Shown here in pieces: positions 20,056 through 30,398 of a stretch of 64,000 nt of DNA (position 1 is the stretch's first letter; every line of letters begins with the position of its first letter). The notes beneath the pieces are model-generated. The model was not told the DNA's origin. It searched no databases and saw only the letters and a list, made by a program, of their open reading frames with translations. Source of the DNA: an uncultured Nitrososphaerota archaeon (lineage in GTDB: Archaea; Thermoproteota; Nitrososphaeria; Conexivisphaerales; DTJL01); the NCBI GenBank assembly GCA_963842885.1, contig CAWJIE010000003.1:480001-544000 (forward strand). Reading direction: 5' to 3'. The position numbers and the translations under genes are program-made.

Positions 20056-21066
20056 GTGAGATCCCAGGTCAACGCCATTTCCTTCGGGGTAGGGGCCATA
20101 GGCTCGATGGTGGCCAAGGCCATCTTGGAGAGGAAGGATTGGATTCGCATTGTAGGCGCCGTCGACGTAGACCCGAGGAAGGTCGGCAGGGACCTGGGGG
20201 AGACCGTGGGCCTGGGTAGGCCGGTGGGGGTGAGGATTTCAGGGGAGCTGGACGGAGCCCTGGAGGGCAGGAAGGCCGACATAGCCATCCACACCACCTC
20301 CAGCAGCTTAGGCAAGGTCTACCCGGAGATCGAGCAGCTTGTAAGAAGGGGGCTGGACGTGGTGTCCTCCTGCGAGGAGCTCTCCTTCCCCTACCTGTTG
20401 AACGAAGGGCTGGCAAAGAAGCTGGACGCTGTTGCGAAGGAGCACGGCGCCACGGTCCTGGGCACAGGCATCAACCCCGGCTTCCTCATGGACGCCCTGC
20501 CCTTGGTCCTGACCGCTCCCTGCGTCGAGGTCAGGCGCGTGAAGGTCGTCAGGAAGCTTGACGCGGGCTTGAGGAGGGTCCCCTTCCAGAAGAAGGTGGG
20601 AGCGGGCATGGCTCTGGAGGAGTTCAAAGAGGCGCTTCGAACTGGAAGGATCTCCGGCCATGTCGGGCTTGGGGAGTCCATCTCGATGATAGCCGCGGGC
20701 TTGGGGTGGAGGCTGGACGAGCTGCGGCTGGGCGATGTAGAGCCGGTATTGCTGGAGAGGGCCGTCAGGAGCGACGAAGTGGAGGTGCCCCTAGGCAAGG
20801 TGGCAGGGCTCAGGCAGGCGGCCCAGGGGATGATGGAAGGGGAGGCCGTGATCGAGCACGAATTCGTGGCTTATGTCGGAGCAGAGGAGGAGTTCGACCT
20901 CGTGGAGGTGGACGGGTTGCCTAGCGTCCGTTCGAAGATAACCCCCTGCGTGCACGGCGATTATGGGACGGTCGCGATGCTCATCAACATGATACCGAGG
21001 GTTCTGGAGGCGAAACCTGGGCTGTGCACGATGAAGGACCTGCCCCTCCCTTCAGCTGCGCTCTGA
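20056..21066 (+). CDS. DapB-like / 2,4-diaminopentanoate dehydrogenase-like NAD(P)H oxidoreductase
   Basis: GVGAIG Rossmann motif, SSCEEL, GTGINPGFLMD, GD..T. Confidence 0.85.
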   Translation: MRSQVNAISFGVGAIGSMVAKAILERKDWIRIVGAVDVDPRKVGRDLGETVGLGRPVGVRISGELDGALEGRKADIAIHTTSSSLGKVYPEIEQLVRRGLDVVSSCEELSFPYLLNEGLAKKLDAVAKEHGATVLGTGINPGFLMDALPLVLTAPCVEVRRVKVVRKLDAGLRRVPFQKKVGAGMALEEFKEALRTGRISGHVGLGESISMIAAGLGWRLDELRLGDVEPVLLERAVRSDEVEVPLGKVAGLRQAAQGMMEGEAVIEHEFVAYVGAEEEFDLVEVDGLPSVRSKITPCVHGDYGTVAMLINMIPRVLEAKPGLCTMKDLPLPSAAL

Positions 21067-21103
21067 TTGAAGACCGTCACCGGGAGGCTCAGGGAGGAAG
21101 GCG

Positions 21104-21283
21104 GGTGAATACGACGACCAGGAGAAGGTCATCCTGGAGACGACCGAGTATGTCTCCGCCCGCTGCCGGGGGGTGACAAAGTACGTCATCTTCTTCAGTT
21201 GCCTCGTGACCCGGTCGGAGTTCCCTCCGTTCCCCAGTTCCTTGGAGGCCTCGCTCTTGGACAGCCGGTCGGCCCTCTCCTCT
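21104..21283. repeat. Fused gene B fragment (+, 21104-21196) and gene A fragment (-, 21190-21283)
   Basis: GEYDDQEKVILETTEYVSARCRGVTKYVIF runs via cttct into cttcttcagttgcctcgtgacccggtcggagttc. Confidence 0.88.
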
Positions 21284-21403
21284 CTTACCTTCCGAAAGAA
21301 TCCATCTGACTAACCGGGGCTCAACCCTCTAGCCTTCGCTCTCAGGATACTCGAATCCTTCATGGCTGAGGAACATGAAGTTGCGGTAGACCTGGTAGTT
21401 CTT

Positions 21404-21964
21404 TCAGAGATTGGCTGGATGCAAACGCTTGTTGCCGTATTGTTCGTAGTGTGTCATATCTCTAAGCCACTTCCGCTTGCCTTCAACGCTGTATGCCGGG
21501 ACGCCGATAGGTAGGAATGCGACTACCCGGGTCCCCGACGGGATCTGCAGGACGTCCCTCACCCTTTCCTCCACAGACCCTTTTGTGTTACGCAAGTCAA
21601 ATATCCCCAGCCAGTAAGAGGCCAGGCCTAAACTGTGCGCCGCCAGGGCCATGTTCTGCGTCGCCACGGCACCGTCCTCGATGAAATGGAGGGGGTCTCT
21701 AGTCGGGTTGACGCAGGTGACGATGATCACCGAGGCTCCTTCAACGCCGCTGTTCCCCCATATGTCCTTCGTGATGTCGCAAATGCCTTGCTTTGCGGGG
21801 TCGTCCTTCACCACGACGAACTCCCAAGGCTGGGTATTCGTCCATGACGGAGCCCAGCGACCGGCCTCCAAGATGGCCCGAATCTTTTCGTCTTCCACCG
21901 GTCCAGGCTTGAACCTGTAGACGCTTCTCCTCTCCCTTATCGCCTTCAGTACTTCGTTGTCCAC
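21404..21964 (-). CDS. Nitroreductase family protein
   Basis: RRSVYRF, WAPSWTNTQPW, LAAHSLGLASYW. Confidence 0.9.
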   Translation of the reverse strand: MDNEVLKAIRERRSVYRFKPGPVEDEKIRAILEAGRWAPSWTNTQPWEFVVVKDDPAKQGICDITKDIWGNSGVEGASVIIVTCVNPTRDPLHFIEDGAVATQNMALAAHSLGLASYWLGIFDLRNTKGSVEERVRDVLQIPSGTRVVAFLPIGVPAYSVEGKRKWLRDMTHYEQYGNKRLHPANL

Positions 21965-21981
21965 TCTCTCCCGCTTCCTTC

Positions 21982-22122
21982 CTAACAGATGCGATTCTGC
22001 TCTGTGTCCGAGGGGCTGGCTATCAGGGAGCCACCCACCCTGACCAACTCTAGATTACCCTTTGCGAACTTCCTTGTTTCGTCGGCCTTGTTCAGGTTCT
22101 TGACTTCCATCTTCGTTTTCAT
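21982..22122 (-). pseudogene. Probable truncated cupin gene (N-terminus only)
   Basis: MKTKMEVKNLNKADETRKFAKGNLELVRVGG resembles cupin N-termini, then unrelated sequence and a stop at 46 aa. Confidence 0.5.
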
Positions 22123-22339
22123 GCTCTTCGCTTCATCTTTGAGCAGAGGATAAAAGACTTCTGGAGATTACTAGCCCTCGTCTAGGAATCTGAGGGAGGC
22201 TCCTTCACCAAAGATCCCCGCTCCGATTTCATCAGGGATCATCCTCTTTCTCTTGAGCCTGTCACAGAGGACGTCGGGACAAGGATGGGAGGAAAAGCTT
22301 TTACGTTCGTCCGATGATTGACTTCATCGAGCGGGCGCA

Positions 22340-22600
22340 GTGGAGATGGCGTTTACTAACGTTATAGTCGATTCGAGTATTCTTGCGTCGGGGGGCGAGC
22401 CTAGGCAGGCCAACATCAGCGATGATCAGTGGCAAGCCTTGAAAGGCACGGCGAGTTCGGGAGGCTGGGTGTGGTCCTACCAGAGCAAGAGAGTTGATGA
22501 CATCAGTGTGAGGGATATATTGGGGGCGACGACCCTTCTTGCCATCGACATCGCATTAGCCGCAGTGGCCACCATCCTAGTTTTCTATATACCAGGCTAG
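22340..22600 (+). CDS. Small membrane protein or remnant
   Basis: 86 aa with C-terminal TM helix. Confidence 0.4.
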   Translation: MEMAFTNVIVDSSILASGGEPRQANISDDQWQALKGTASSGGWVWSYQSKRVDDISVRDILGATTLLAIDIALAAVATILVFYIPG

Positions 22601-23023
22601 GGCTTGTCAGCCCTCCTCCGCCTTTTCCTATTTCCCCTATTCACTGATTGGTGATGAAACGCTTACCATCCTACTTCGCTAGCAAATGCCTAGTTTCGGC
22701 TGACCAGTATTACGAAGCACTCACCGAGATTTCTCGACAACCGCTAAATATCCGGGCACGCTCTGAAGCTCCGTTATGTGCTGCGGCAACAGCCGAGAGA
22801 TGTATGAAGACATGCGCAAATGGCAACTTGAACAGGAAAGGTTAGCAAAGCTCGCTAGGCAAAAGAGGATAGTGGAGGCACCCGCCATGACCGTACGAAC
22901 CTCGGTGCCCAAGAACCAGGGCAGCTGCCGCACCCGTCAGTCTAAGGAATCTTCAATCCTCTTCGCTCACGGAACCTCCTGATTTGACCGAAATGCGGCT
23001 ATCACCTTCGCATCGTTCGTAAA

Positions 23024-23077
23024 GGGTAAACACTATAGCTTAACAAAGTTTATAAGGGGTAAACACTATAGCTTAAC
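23024..23077 (+). repeat. Perfect 21-bp direct repeat gggtaaacactatagcttaac x2
   Basis: 23024-23044 and 23057-23077, 33-bp period. Confidence 0.9.
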
Positions 23078-23118
23078 CAAGGCCTGATGCGGGCGACGCG
23101 AGCTACAATCGCCCTTCA

Positions 23119-23197
23119 GGGTCGTCTTCTTCGCCAAGGGGAGGAGGCGCACTCTCCTTCTCCCCAACATTCAATGCCATCGTCAAGGCTCAGGAGG
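23119..23197 (+). repeat. Repeat family C copy 1 (gene remnant)
   Basis: ggggaggaggcgcactctcc..ccccaaca.tcaatgcca also at 50938-51021. Confidence 0.85.
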
Positions 23198-23809
23198 ATG
23201 GGGCCTAAACGGAGCAAGCTTGATGAGGGGCCCTGGATAGAGGTCGCAGCTGGCCTGCTCCCCCGCATTCCATGCGTCCACCATTGCGCCCGTCACAAGC
23301 AGAAGATGGTGAGTAATATGAATCCAGAGCTGAAGAAAGAGACTTCTGGGTGGACCTCATGGTTGATGACGACTAAAGAAATTGGGACAAATAGTCTAGC
23401 GCCGCTTTGGCGCCGGAGATTTGAACCCTTTGAGTCCAATAGACCAATGTTTTGCTCTCTTGCTGCGTCGCTACTATCGCTTGATCGACAATGTTTATGT
23501 CTTCTAAAATCAGCTTGGCAAACTCTCTCGGTGTGGACGAAATTCCGTGCTTGCGGAGCGTTGCTTCTAACGCTTGGATTAACATTGGGTCTGGTGTGAC
23601 AGCGCTCAAACCTATTCTCTACAGCAGTCTAATAGGGGAGGTGATATATGGCTTGCCATCTCATGGTTCTTCTGTTCTTGGGTATTCGGACATCCAATTG
23701 AGTGTTGGTAACCCTCTCGGCACCTTTCTCTTTCCTCTGGCGCGGGCACTCCTCCGGATTCTAGGAGTTCAATTGGTAGCCCGGGAAGGTATCGAACTCT
23801 CGTCCAGCG

Positions 23810-24592
23810 TTGAATGCACATCGGCCTGAAATAACTCCCCCGGATGCAGACGGCCCATCACTAAAACATATTAGCCCACTCAAGCCCCCTTCTATGGAGA
23901 CGATAGCCATGGCACAGGAGACTGATAGAGGGGAACAAGTTAGGTCGGCGCTCAAGGCATCGTTGTGGGTGACAGCCTACAACAATTACATCTTGTCAAT
24001 GAACGATTCGGTTCCCCTCCTTGAGATGTGTGTCAAATCAGTGAACAAATTTGCCGCCGCGTTCGACCCTCTCCTTCAAACTTTGAGCAATCTTCCCCCA
24101 GAAGGAAGGAAGGCAACATTGGATAGCCTCAAAGGCGTTATCAGGACCATCCTGTTAATCTCCTTGGATGGTTACACTCACATGCTTGGAAGATTGATGG
24201 GCTTCCTAATAGAGAGCCTGTCGGAAGAGGTGAAGGCTCTCAACGCCCTTGGCGTCCCGACACCCGACGAAGTGAAGACCCTTGCCAACATGAAGATAGA
24301 GGTGGCTTCGCTCATGTCCAAGGCCAGTGAGCTGAGCGCCCGTGTAATCACTTCCACCGATTTGACACACGAGATCAAAGACGTCACAGGTTTCAGCATA
24401 AGAATGGGCGTGTTGCTGAATGGAGAAAGCGCCCTAAGGGGGAGGCTCAAGGCAAAGGCATACCAAGTCAAAGAGATTGTTCCCGCCATGCTCCAGGGAA
24501 TGAGCGCGGACGAGCTGTCCAGACTGACCTTCGGAATCCTTCTTCCGCAGCCTGAGAGCCGGTCAAGCCCAGCCAATCAGGGGACAGTTTGA
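23810..24592 (+). CDS. Hypothetical helical protein, lower GC
   Basis: 260-aa ORF; start uncertain; no family recognised. Confidence 0.6.
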   Translation: MNAHRPEITPPDADGPSLKHISPLKPPSMETIAMAQETDRGEQVRSALKASLWVTAYNNYILSMNDSVPLLEMCVKSVNKFAAAFDPLLQTLSNLPPEGRKATLDSLKGVIRTILLISLDGYTHMLGRLMGFLIESLSEEVKALNALGVPTPDEVKTLANMKIEVASLMSKASELSARVITSTDLTHEIKDVTGFSIRMGVLLNGESALRGRLKAKAYQVKEIVPAMLQGMSADELSRLTFGILLPQPESRSSPANQGTV

Positions 24593-24773
24593 ATACTGAC
24601 TAGGCGGAGAGGACGCTGTTTGGGCGCTGGCCTTGAGAGAGCAGGTCGTTAGAGAGGTTCCTCTTAACAAGGAGCTCACCAGGAAGGAGGTAGGTCTCGT
24701 GAACCCGAGTCTGACGGCGTCTCCTGGAGAATAGGCAGCAAAGCAAAAATCCACCCAGCCGAATCATCGGGCC

Positions 24774-25172
24774 GTGTTATCCGGAGAAGAGGTCGCATAT
24801 CTGAAGACCCAACGCCTTGCGAGGATTGCCACCGTATCGCCGAAGGGCCAGCCTGAAGTTTCACCCGTGGCCTTTGAGTTTGACGGCACGTATTTCTGGA
24901 TTGGGAGCCACGACCAGTCCTTCTTCTTCAAGAATCAGCGATACAGGAACATCACTAGAGGGAACGCTAAGGTCGCGCTTGTAGTAGACGACCTGGAGTC
25001 GATAGACCCTTGGAGGCCGCGAGGAATCAAAGTTCTGGGAACGGCGGAGAAGCAGGAGCATGATGGCATCTTCGGAAAGGGAAGCTACTTCCGTATCTCC
25101 CCGAGGATCTCCGTCAGCTGGGGAATAGAGAAATCCAAGGATGGACCGCGGCGTTCACGGAAGGTCCACTGA
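24774..25172 (+). CDS. PPOX-class (putative F420-dependent) oxidoreductase
   Basis: LARIATVSPKGQP, KVALVVDDL, PWRPRGI. Confidence 0.85.
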   Translation: MLSGEEVAYLKTQRLARIATVSPKGQPEVSPVAFEFDGTYFWIGSHDQSFFFKNQRYRNITRGNAKVALVVDDLESIDPWRPRGIKVLGTAEKQEHDGIFGKGSYFRISPRISVSWGIEKSKDGPRRSRKVH

Positions 25173-25256
25173 AGTGTTGATGCCTGATTCGCAGTTGCCG
25201 CCGTTACATCTTGCGGTAGACCCCTGGTGGCATCGTAGACACTTGTAACGCGGTCA

Positions 25257-25346
25257 GGTGCCCCTGTCCTTGGGGTCCAAGGCCTTCCTGAGCTGTCTTC
25301 GTATCCGGTCGGAGTTCCCTCCGTTCCCCAGCCCCTGGCGGCCTCA
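25257..25346 (-). repeat. Module gene A fragment abutting the herA stop
   Basis: cctgtccttggggtccaaggccttcctgagctg...ggcggcctca; final tca is the herA stop. Confidence 0.88.
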
Positions 25347-27146
25347 CCCCAAGTATCGTTCGAGAACCTCTTCGTTGTTCTCTGCATGGAAGAAGACGGG
25401 TATGTTCTGAGTGGCCGTCGCCTTGAAGCTGGTGAGCAGCCAGTCCCCGTTCTGAAAGGCTAGCGTCCTCTCCATGAATGCGTCGTCTATCGCAAAGGTG
25501 TCCGAGATGAGCTGCCTGTCGTAGGGCCTGGGCATGGTCGACACGAAGTAGCTGTGCAGCTGCTGGAGGGCGTTCGTGTTGAGGTTCGCCACCCTCTGAG
25601 TGCTAATCCAGCCGTGGAGGTGGTACTTCCTCCCGTGCCTGAGCAGCCTCTCGACGGCCCTGCTGGCCTGCTCGGTGCCGTCCTCCTTCCTGGTCTCCCT
25701 GGGCATGAACTCCTGGGCCTCGTCCATCACGAAGAGCACGCGAGGCGTTAGCGTGAAGCTCCTCTTCCTCTTCCTGAACACCTTCCCTATGACGGCGGCA
25801 GTCTGTAGCCTGGCGTCTTCAGCTTCGGGCAGGTTCACGACGAAGATCTTGGGGGAGTCCTTGTCCGTTGAGAGTATCTCCTCCACCACGTTGTCCCAGG
25901 TGTATGCCTCTCCCTCCTCCTTCTTCGTCTCGGCCAGCATGCCGACGACCGTCGTGAGCGCGTCGAAGACCTTCTTCAGCGTGGCGCGGTCCTCGAGCTT
26001 GTCGGTGATATCCTTCAGGCCGTCCAGGAGCTCCTTCGTCTTCACGTCGAAGGTCGAATCCGTCGTAAGGCCGTTGTCCTTGACGAAGCGGTCTATCCTG
26101 TCTATGATCACGGGGACGTAGAGCTTGGTGTTGACGGCCCCGTACTTGTCGTTCAGAGTGTTCGACAGGACCTCCACCAGGCCGCCGTATGTGCTGAACC
26201 TGAGGATCCCTTCCTCCCCCACGATAGGGAGCTCGACCGTCTTAACCTTCCCCTCCTTGAAGAGCCTCTCGACCTTCTCCTCGAGCTTCTTCGTCTTCTC
26301 CGTCAGCGACTCGGGGAGGGCATGATGCTTGACGTAGTCCTCCGCCTCCTTCCCCGTCTCGAAAGGCTCTGTGAATATGACCCTGCTGGGGTTTCCGTCC
26401 AAAACGTCGAGGAGGTGCACGCCGTACTCCGACGAAACGTCAAAGATGACGACCTTCAGGTCTGGGACGACCTTGAGCGCCTTACGCACAATCATGGCGG
26501 TCATGTTGGACTTGCCCGAGCCGGTGAAGGCGAAGACGCCCACGTGGTAGTGTAACAGCTTTTCGACGTCGACCGTCAAGGCCAGCTCCTGGTCGGTGAC
26601 TCCGAGGAGGTTCCCGAAGGTGTGGTCTTCGATGCCGGCCTTCGGCGAGTAGCACAGCAGCTTCTGTATGGCGTCCTTGCTCAGGAGACGCACGGCGCTG
26701 CCGGTGAGTGGAGCCGACTGCCTCTTCTCGAAGGAAGGGCCGTCCGTCCCCACCTTCATGGTGTAGTTGGTGGGGGCGCCGACTACCTCGATCCAAGTGC
26801 TCTTGGAGCCCTTCTCCCACTCCTTCTGAATCATCTCCATGAACTCCTTCCTTATGGCCGCCGGCTGGGACGTGTCCAGGGTCAGCATTGAGTAGTGCAT
26901 CGGGTAGACGTCGGCGATTTCGTAGATAGAGAAGGCGTCGTTCACCCCGATGGCCTGGACGTTGGGGATGGCCAGCAGCTGCCCCGCCGCCAACCTCTTG
27001 ATGACCCCGGGTGTGTAGGCGCACTCAATCCTGGCCGTCCTGAAGGTGATGGAGCTCCCGTCCACCGTGGTCCTAGTGTTGGACTTGATCTCTCTCAGCT
27101 GGGCCTTGAACTCGCCGCCCAAATCGTCAAAGACCTGTAGGCTCAT
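25344..27146 (-). CDS. herA: HerA-like helicase/ATPase
   Basis: HAS-like N-term, FTGSGKS, MDEAQEF, HGRKY, STQR. Confidence 0.85.
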   Translation of the reverse strand: MSLQVFDDLGGEFKAQLREIKSNTRTTVDGSSITFRTARIECAYTPGVIKRLAAGQLLAIPNVQAIGVNDAFSIYEIADVYPMHYSMLTLDTSQPAAIRKEFMEMIQKEWEKGSKSTWIEVVGAPTNYTMKVGTDGPSFEKRQSAPLTGSAVRLLSKDAIQKLLCYSPKAGIEDHTFGNLLGVTDQELALTVDVEKLLHYHVGVFAFTGSGKSNMTAMIVRKALKVVPDLKVVIFDVSSEYGVHLLDVLDGNPSRVIFTEPFETGKEAEDYVKHHALPESLTEKTKKLEEKVERLFKEGKVKTVELPIVGEEGILRFSTYGGLVEVLSNTLNDKYGAVNTKLYVPVIIDRIDRFVKDNGLTTDSTFDVKTKELLDGLKDITDKLEDRATLKKVFDALTTVVGMLAETKKEEGEAYTWDNVVEEILSTDKDSPKIFVVNLPEAEDARLQTAAVIGKVFRKRKRSFTLTPRVLFVMDEAQEFMPRETRKEDGTEQASRAVERLLRHGRKYHLHGWISTQRVANLNTNALQQLHSYFVSTMPRPYDRQLISDTFAIDDAFMERTLAFQNGDWLLTSFKATATQNIPVFFHAENNEEVLERYLG

Positions 27147-28945
27147 CTCTTCCTCTTCGCCTCCACCTGACTCCTGTAGTCCCTAAACCGGCTGGAGAAA
27201 AGAACTTGTTGGTCCAGGTCCGATTTGCTCATCTCCAGCGCCACAGCCCCGAGGTAGGCCTCCCGGTTCTCCTTCAGGATGGCCTTGGCCTTCTTGTCGG
27301 CCAAGAAGAGCGGGTAGTTGTGGCCAATGGCCTCGGGGACCACCTCCTTGCCCATATGGACCAGAATCGCCATCGCCAAGTTGGTCAAATCTGACCCACT
27401 GTCGAAGTGGAGGATGGGTGCTATCTTCTCGTCCACCTTGTCGTCCTGGTGGTGGATGAGCACCTCGTCCCAGTGGTCGTACCCGGCGAAGGCCGGCCTG
27501 TCGAAGCTGAAGACGTGGCTCCGGACGGCGGGGTTGGCCTGACTGCTCCAGAGCTGGATGTAGGTCTTGACGTAGGCCCTTTCGGCGTTGACCACGTTCT
27601 TGAAGGCGCCCCTGACCAGGGCCTCTCCCTTCTTGAGCCTGGGGTCCTGCTCCGGCGCCATGGTCCTGAAGGCCGCGTCCATGTCAATCGTATGCCATGG
27701 CGTGGGGACGTCGGCTGCGTTGATGACGCTGTTCGTCTGCAGGAGCATCTTGTCGCTGTTGAAGCTGGGGAGCCCCTGGCCCGGCTTGAGCTTGCCGGCG
27801 TTCTCGAGGATGGGCACCACGGAGTTGACAAGCTCGGAGGCCGAGGTGTCCTTTATCATGCCGATGAGGAGGAGGTTGTCGGCCCAGGCCTTCCTCGTGA
27901 GGGCGTGGATGAAGACCAGCGTCATGAAGTCCAGGTCGTCGGCCGTGATCCAGTGCTCCCTGGCGCCCCTCCTGAAACGCAATGGGTGCCCGCCCTTCGG
28001 GTCGAAGATGTGTTCCGCCACCATGCCCGCCGCCGCGAGCACCCTCTCCCAGTACGACTTCACGTCGGGCCTGAGCTTATAGTTGAAGACCTTCTCGAAG
28101 AGGTGGAACTCGCTCTCGAGCTCCCCGAATTCGTTCCTCAGCTTCTCCTCCCTCACCGGCTGGGCCCCCAGCCTGCCGATGATCTGCTGCGAACTCAGCT
28201 GGTCGCCCTGAAACAGGAGCTCCAGGGCGGCGTACTTCAGGAGTTGGCTCCGCGGGGCGGGGGTCTTAAGCTGAGAGTTGGGCAGAAGCATCCTTGCGAG
28301 CTGGAGGTCGAGGCTGGTCACCCTGCCGTAAGGGGTGTCAATGCCTTCAAGTATGCAGGCATGGTCCTCGATGAGCTCCTTCGTGCTCCAGTTGAGGTGG
28401 CCCACGTCGCCCGCCAGTGTCCTGTCCATTAGGATGACCTTGAGGCTGCCGTCGGCCGCCGCAGCCTTGTAGGCCAGATAGTACTCGGAGAGGTGCATGA
28501 TGGACCCAGGCAGCCTTTCTGGGTCCACTTCTACGCCCGACTGCGTCTTCTGGCCGAAGACAAGCGCGGCGTCCTCCTCTGAAAGGGGGATGGCTGCCGA
28601 GACAGATAGGTCGGAGCCACCGGGCGCCGCATCTCCGATATCGACGCCCGCGGAAGAGAGCTTGACCGAGCCGACGTATGCGAAGGCCCCCACGTAGAAT
28701 ACAAGCAGGTCCAGTTGCTCATCCAGGGCGTCCGTGCCGTCGATGGCGATGTACTTCACATCCTCTTTCCCGAAGAATCGGACCGCGGTGCGGAAGGCCG
28801 CGTCGTAATCGACGCCGAAGCGCAGGAGCCGCTTGAGATCGGGACCTGCCTTCTTGAGGACGTCGATCTTGCCCTTGAAGGAGCTCAGGAGATAGCGAGT
28901 GGAGCTCTGGACTTCCTCTATGGTTCGCGTTTCGTAATCGGCCAC
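27143..28945 (-). CDS. NurA-domain nuclease (large)
   Basis: IAIDGT, ILMDRT, GMIKDT, GHNYPLFLADKKAK; overlaps herA start. Confidence 0.75.
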   Translation of the reverse strand: MADYETRTIEEVQSSTRYLLSSFKGKIDVLKKAGPDLKRLLRFGVDYDAAFRTAVRFFGKEDVKYIAIDGTDALDEQLDLLVFYVGAFAYVGSVKLSSAGVDIGDAAPGGSDLSVSAAIPLSEEDAALVFGQKTQSGVEVDPERLPGSIMHLSEYYLAYKAAAADGSLKVILMDRTLAGDVGHLNWSTKELIEDHACILEGIDTPYGRVTSLDLQLARMLLPNSQLKTPAPRSQLLKYAALELLFQGDQLSSQQIIGRLGAQPVREEKLRNEFGELESEFHLFEKVFNYKLRPDVKSYWERVLAAAGMVAEHIFDPKGGHPLRFRRGAREHWITADDLDFMTLVFIHALTRKAWADNLLLIGMIKDTSASELVNSVVPILENAGKLKPGQGLPSFNSDKMLLQTNSVINAADVPTPWHTIDMDAAFRTMAPEQDPRLKKGEALVRGAFKNVVNAERAYVKTYIQLWSSQANPAVRSHVFSFDRPAFAGYDHWDEVLIHHQDDKVDEKIAPILHFDSGSDLTNLAMAILVHMGKEVVPEAIGHNYPLFLADKKAKAILKENREAYLGAVALEMSKSDLDQQVLFSSRFRDYRSQVEAKRKR

Positions 28946-29161
28946 ACCCTATGCCTCCGACTTCAGGGCCGCTTGACTGATGAGGTAAGTTGACATGAAC
29001 AGCACGGCAATGGCGAGCGGGAGCCTTTAAGCGTTCATCTTTCCAGATGGGCGAAGAAGCCGGACCATCACTGAATCACAAGGCGCTCGCCTATGCGTAA
29101 CACCTTCTCCTATACAATCAAAAGAAAGAAATGGCGTACCCTGATGGCTTGCAGCGTCCGC

Positions 29162-29323
29162 CTACTTCTTCTTAATCTTCGCCTCGAGGGCCTTTAGCTT
29201 CGCGTCGAGCTCCTTCACTTTTGCTTCAAGCTCGTCGACTCTCTTCTTCTCTCCGCCCTTGACCTTCTGTTCTAACGCTTCAAGCCTGATCCGAAGCTTC
29301 TCGAATTCTGCTGACATTTCCAT
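29162..29323 (-). CDS. 53-aa coiled-coil protein
   Basis: MEMSAEFEKLRIRLEALEQKVKGGEKKRVDELEAKVKELDAKLKALEAKIKKK; below the ORF-track cutoff; ttatac TATA-like upstream. Confidence 0.65.
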   Translation of the reverse strand: MEMSAEFEKLRIRLEALEQKVKGGEKKRVDELEAKVKELDAKLKALEAKIKKK

Positions 29324-29666
29324 TTGCCTCATCTAGTAATGTTACCTAGCGAAGTGTATAATGAGGACGTATTCTCGGTAACCAAACGCACTGACCATGC
29401 CTAGATGGAGTCCTTTCTTCTTTGTCCCAGATTCGAACGCCGTCGCCGTCAGAGCTCTACGGTCACGGAGTGCTCCTCCGGGCTGAGACTTGCCGGATTT
29501 CTAGAACCGCCTTCTCTGAAGGTTGTTCATCAAGCAGCTGAACAGTTCAGGCATTCGCGTCGTGCTTGCTGAAAGTAGGACTACTAGGTATACTTCGATG
29601 CCTGACCGCACATCGCTAGATTAATGGAACTCGCTCTTCTTTCAATCAACATCAAGAGGAAATCAG

Positions 29667-29703
29667 GGTATCGCAATTCTTTCCAGCGGCAACAGATATC
29701 CAA
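29667..29703 (+). repeat. Repeat family D copy 2
   Basis: ggtatcgcaattctttccagcggcaacagatatccaa. Confidence 0.75.
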
Positions 29704-29771
29704 GAATGGAAACAGGCGATCAATTCGAACTACACGTTCAGGGAAGACTAATAAGATGAAGGCGGGTAAGT

Positions 29772-30182
29772 ATGTCGAGGATATGTTCTTTGCCGACAGA
29801 TGCTGAAATGCTGGAAGAACTGAAGAAGATCACTGCCCTGCTCACGCCCAAGCCAGCTCCGCCGGCGCCTCCACAGAAGACTGGTCTCTGGAATGACTTC
29901 ATGACCTTCATCAAGCATGGGAACCTGCTGGTCGTGGCGATAGCCTTCGTGATGGGCGGGCTGATATCCGGTCTAGTGAGCTCCATCGTGAGCGACCTGA
30001 TCATGCCATTAGCGGGGGCGTTCCTGCCGAAGGGGAACTGGCAGACCACGGCGTTCTTCGTGAACATCGGGAACGGGATGAACTTCACCCTTGGGCACTT
30101 CCTTGGCACCGTCATCAACTTCATCATAGTGGCCTTCGTGATCTTCCTCATAGCGCGTGCGGCGGTCAAAGCAGGACTCTAG
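29772..30182 (+). CDS. mscL: Large-conductance mechanosensitive channel
   Basis: F..FI..GNL...AIAFVMG, SIVSDLIMP, GHFLGTVINFIIVAFVIF. Confidence 0.88.
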   Translation: MSRICSLPTDAEMLEELKKITALLTPKPAPPAPPQKTGLWNDFMTFIKHGNLLVVAIAFVMGGLISGLVSSIVSDLIMPLAGAFLPKGNWQTTAFFVNIGNGMNFTLGHFLGTVINFIIVAFVIFLIARAAVKAGL

Positions 30183-30398
30183 TAATCCCCACTCTGAGCT
30201 TTTTCTCATACCACGGCCTACCGTGGGTCCGGACCAGGTCGGACCTTACGCTGAGCAAGTGAGCCATGAATCCCCCAGCCATGCTTTTTTGGCATTTCGC
30301 TTTCTCCGACCGTTAACACTGGCTGCCGTGGGGCAGATGGACGTTGACTAATACATTATAGATGGTCCTGAAGAACTTGGCATTCGACTTTCAAGACT

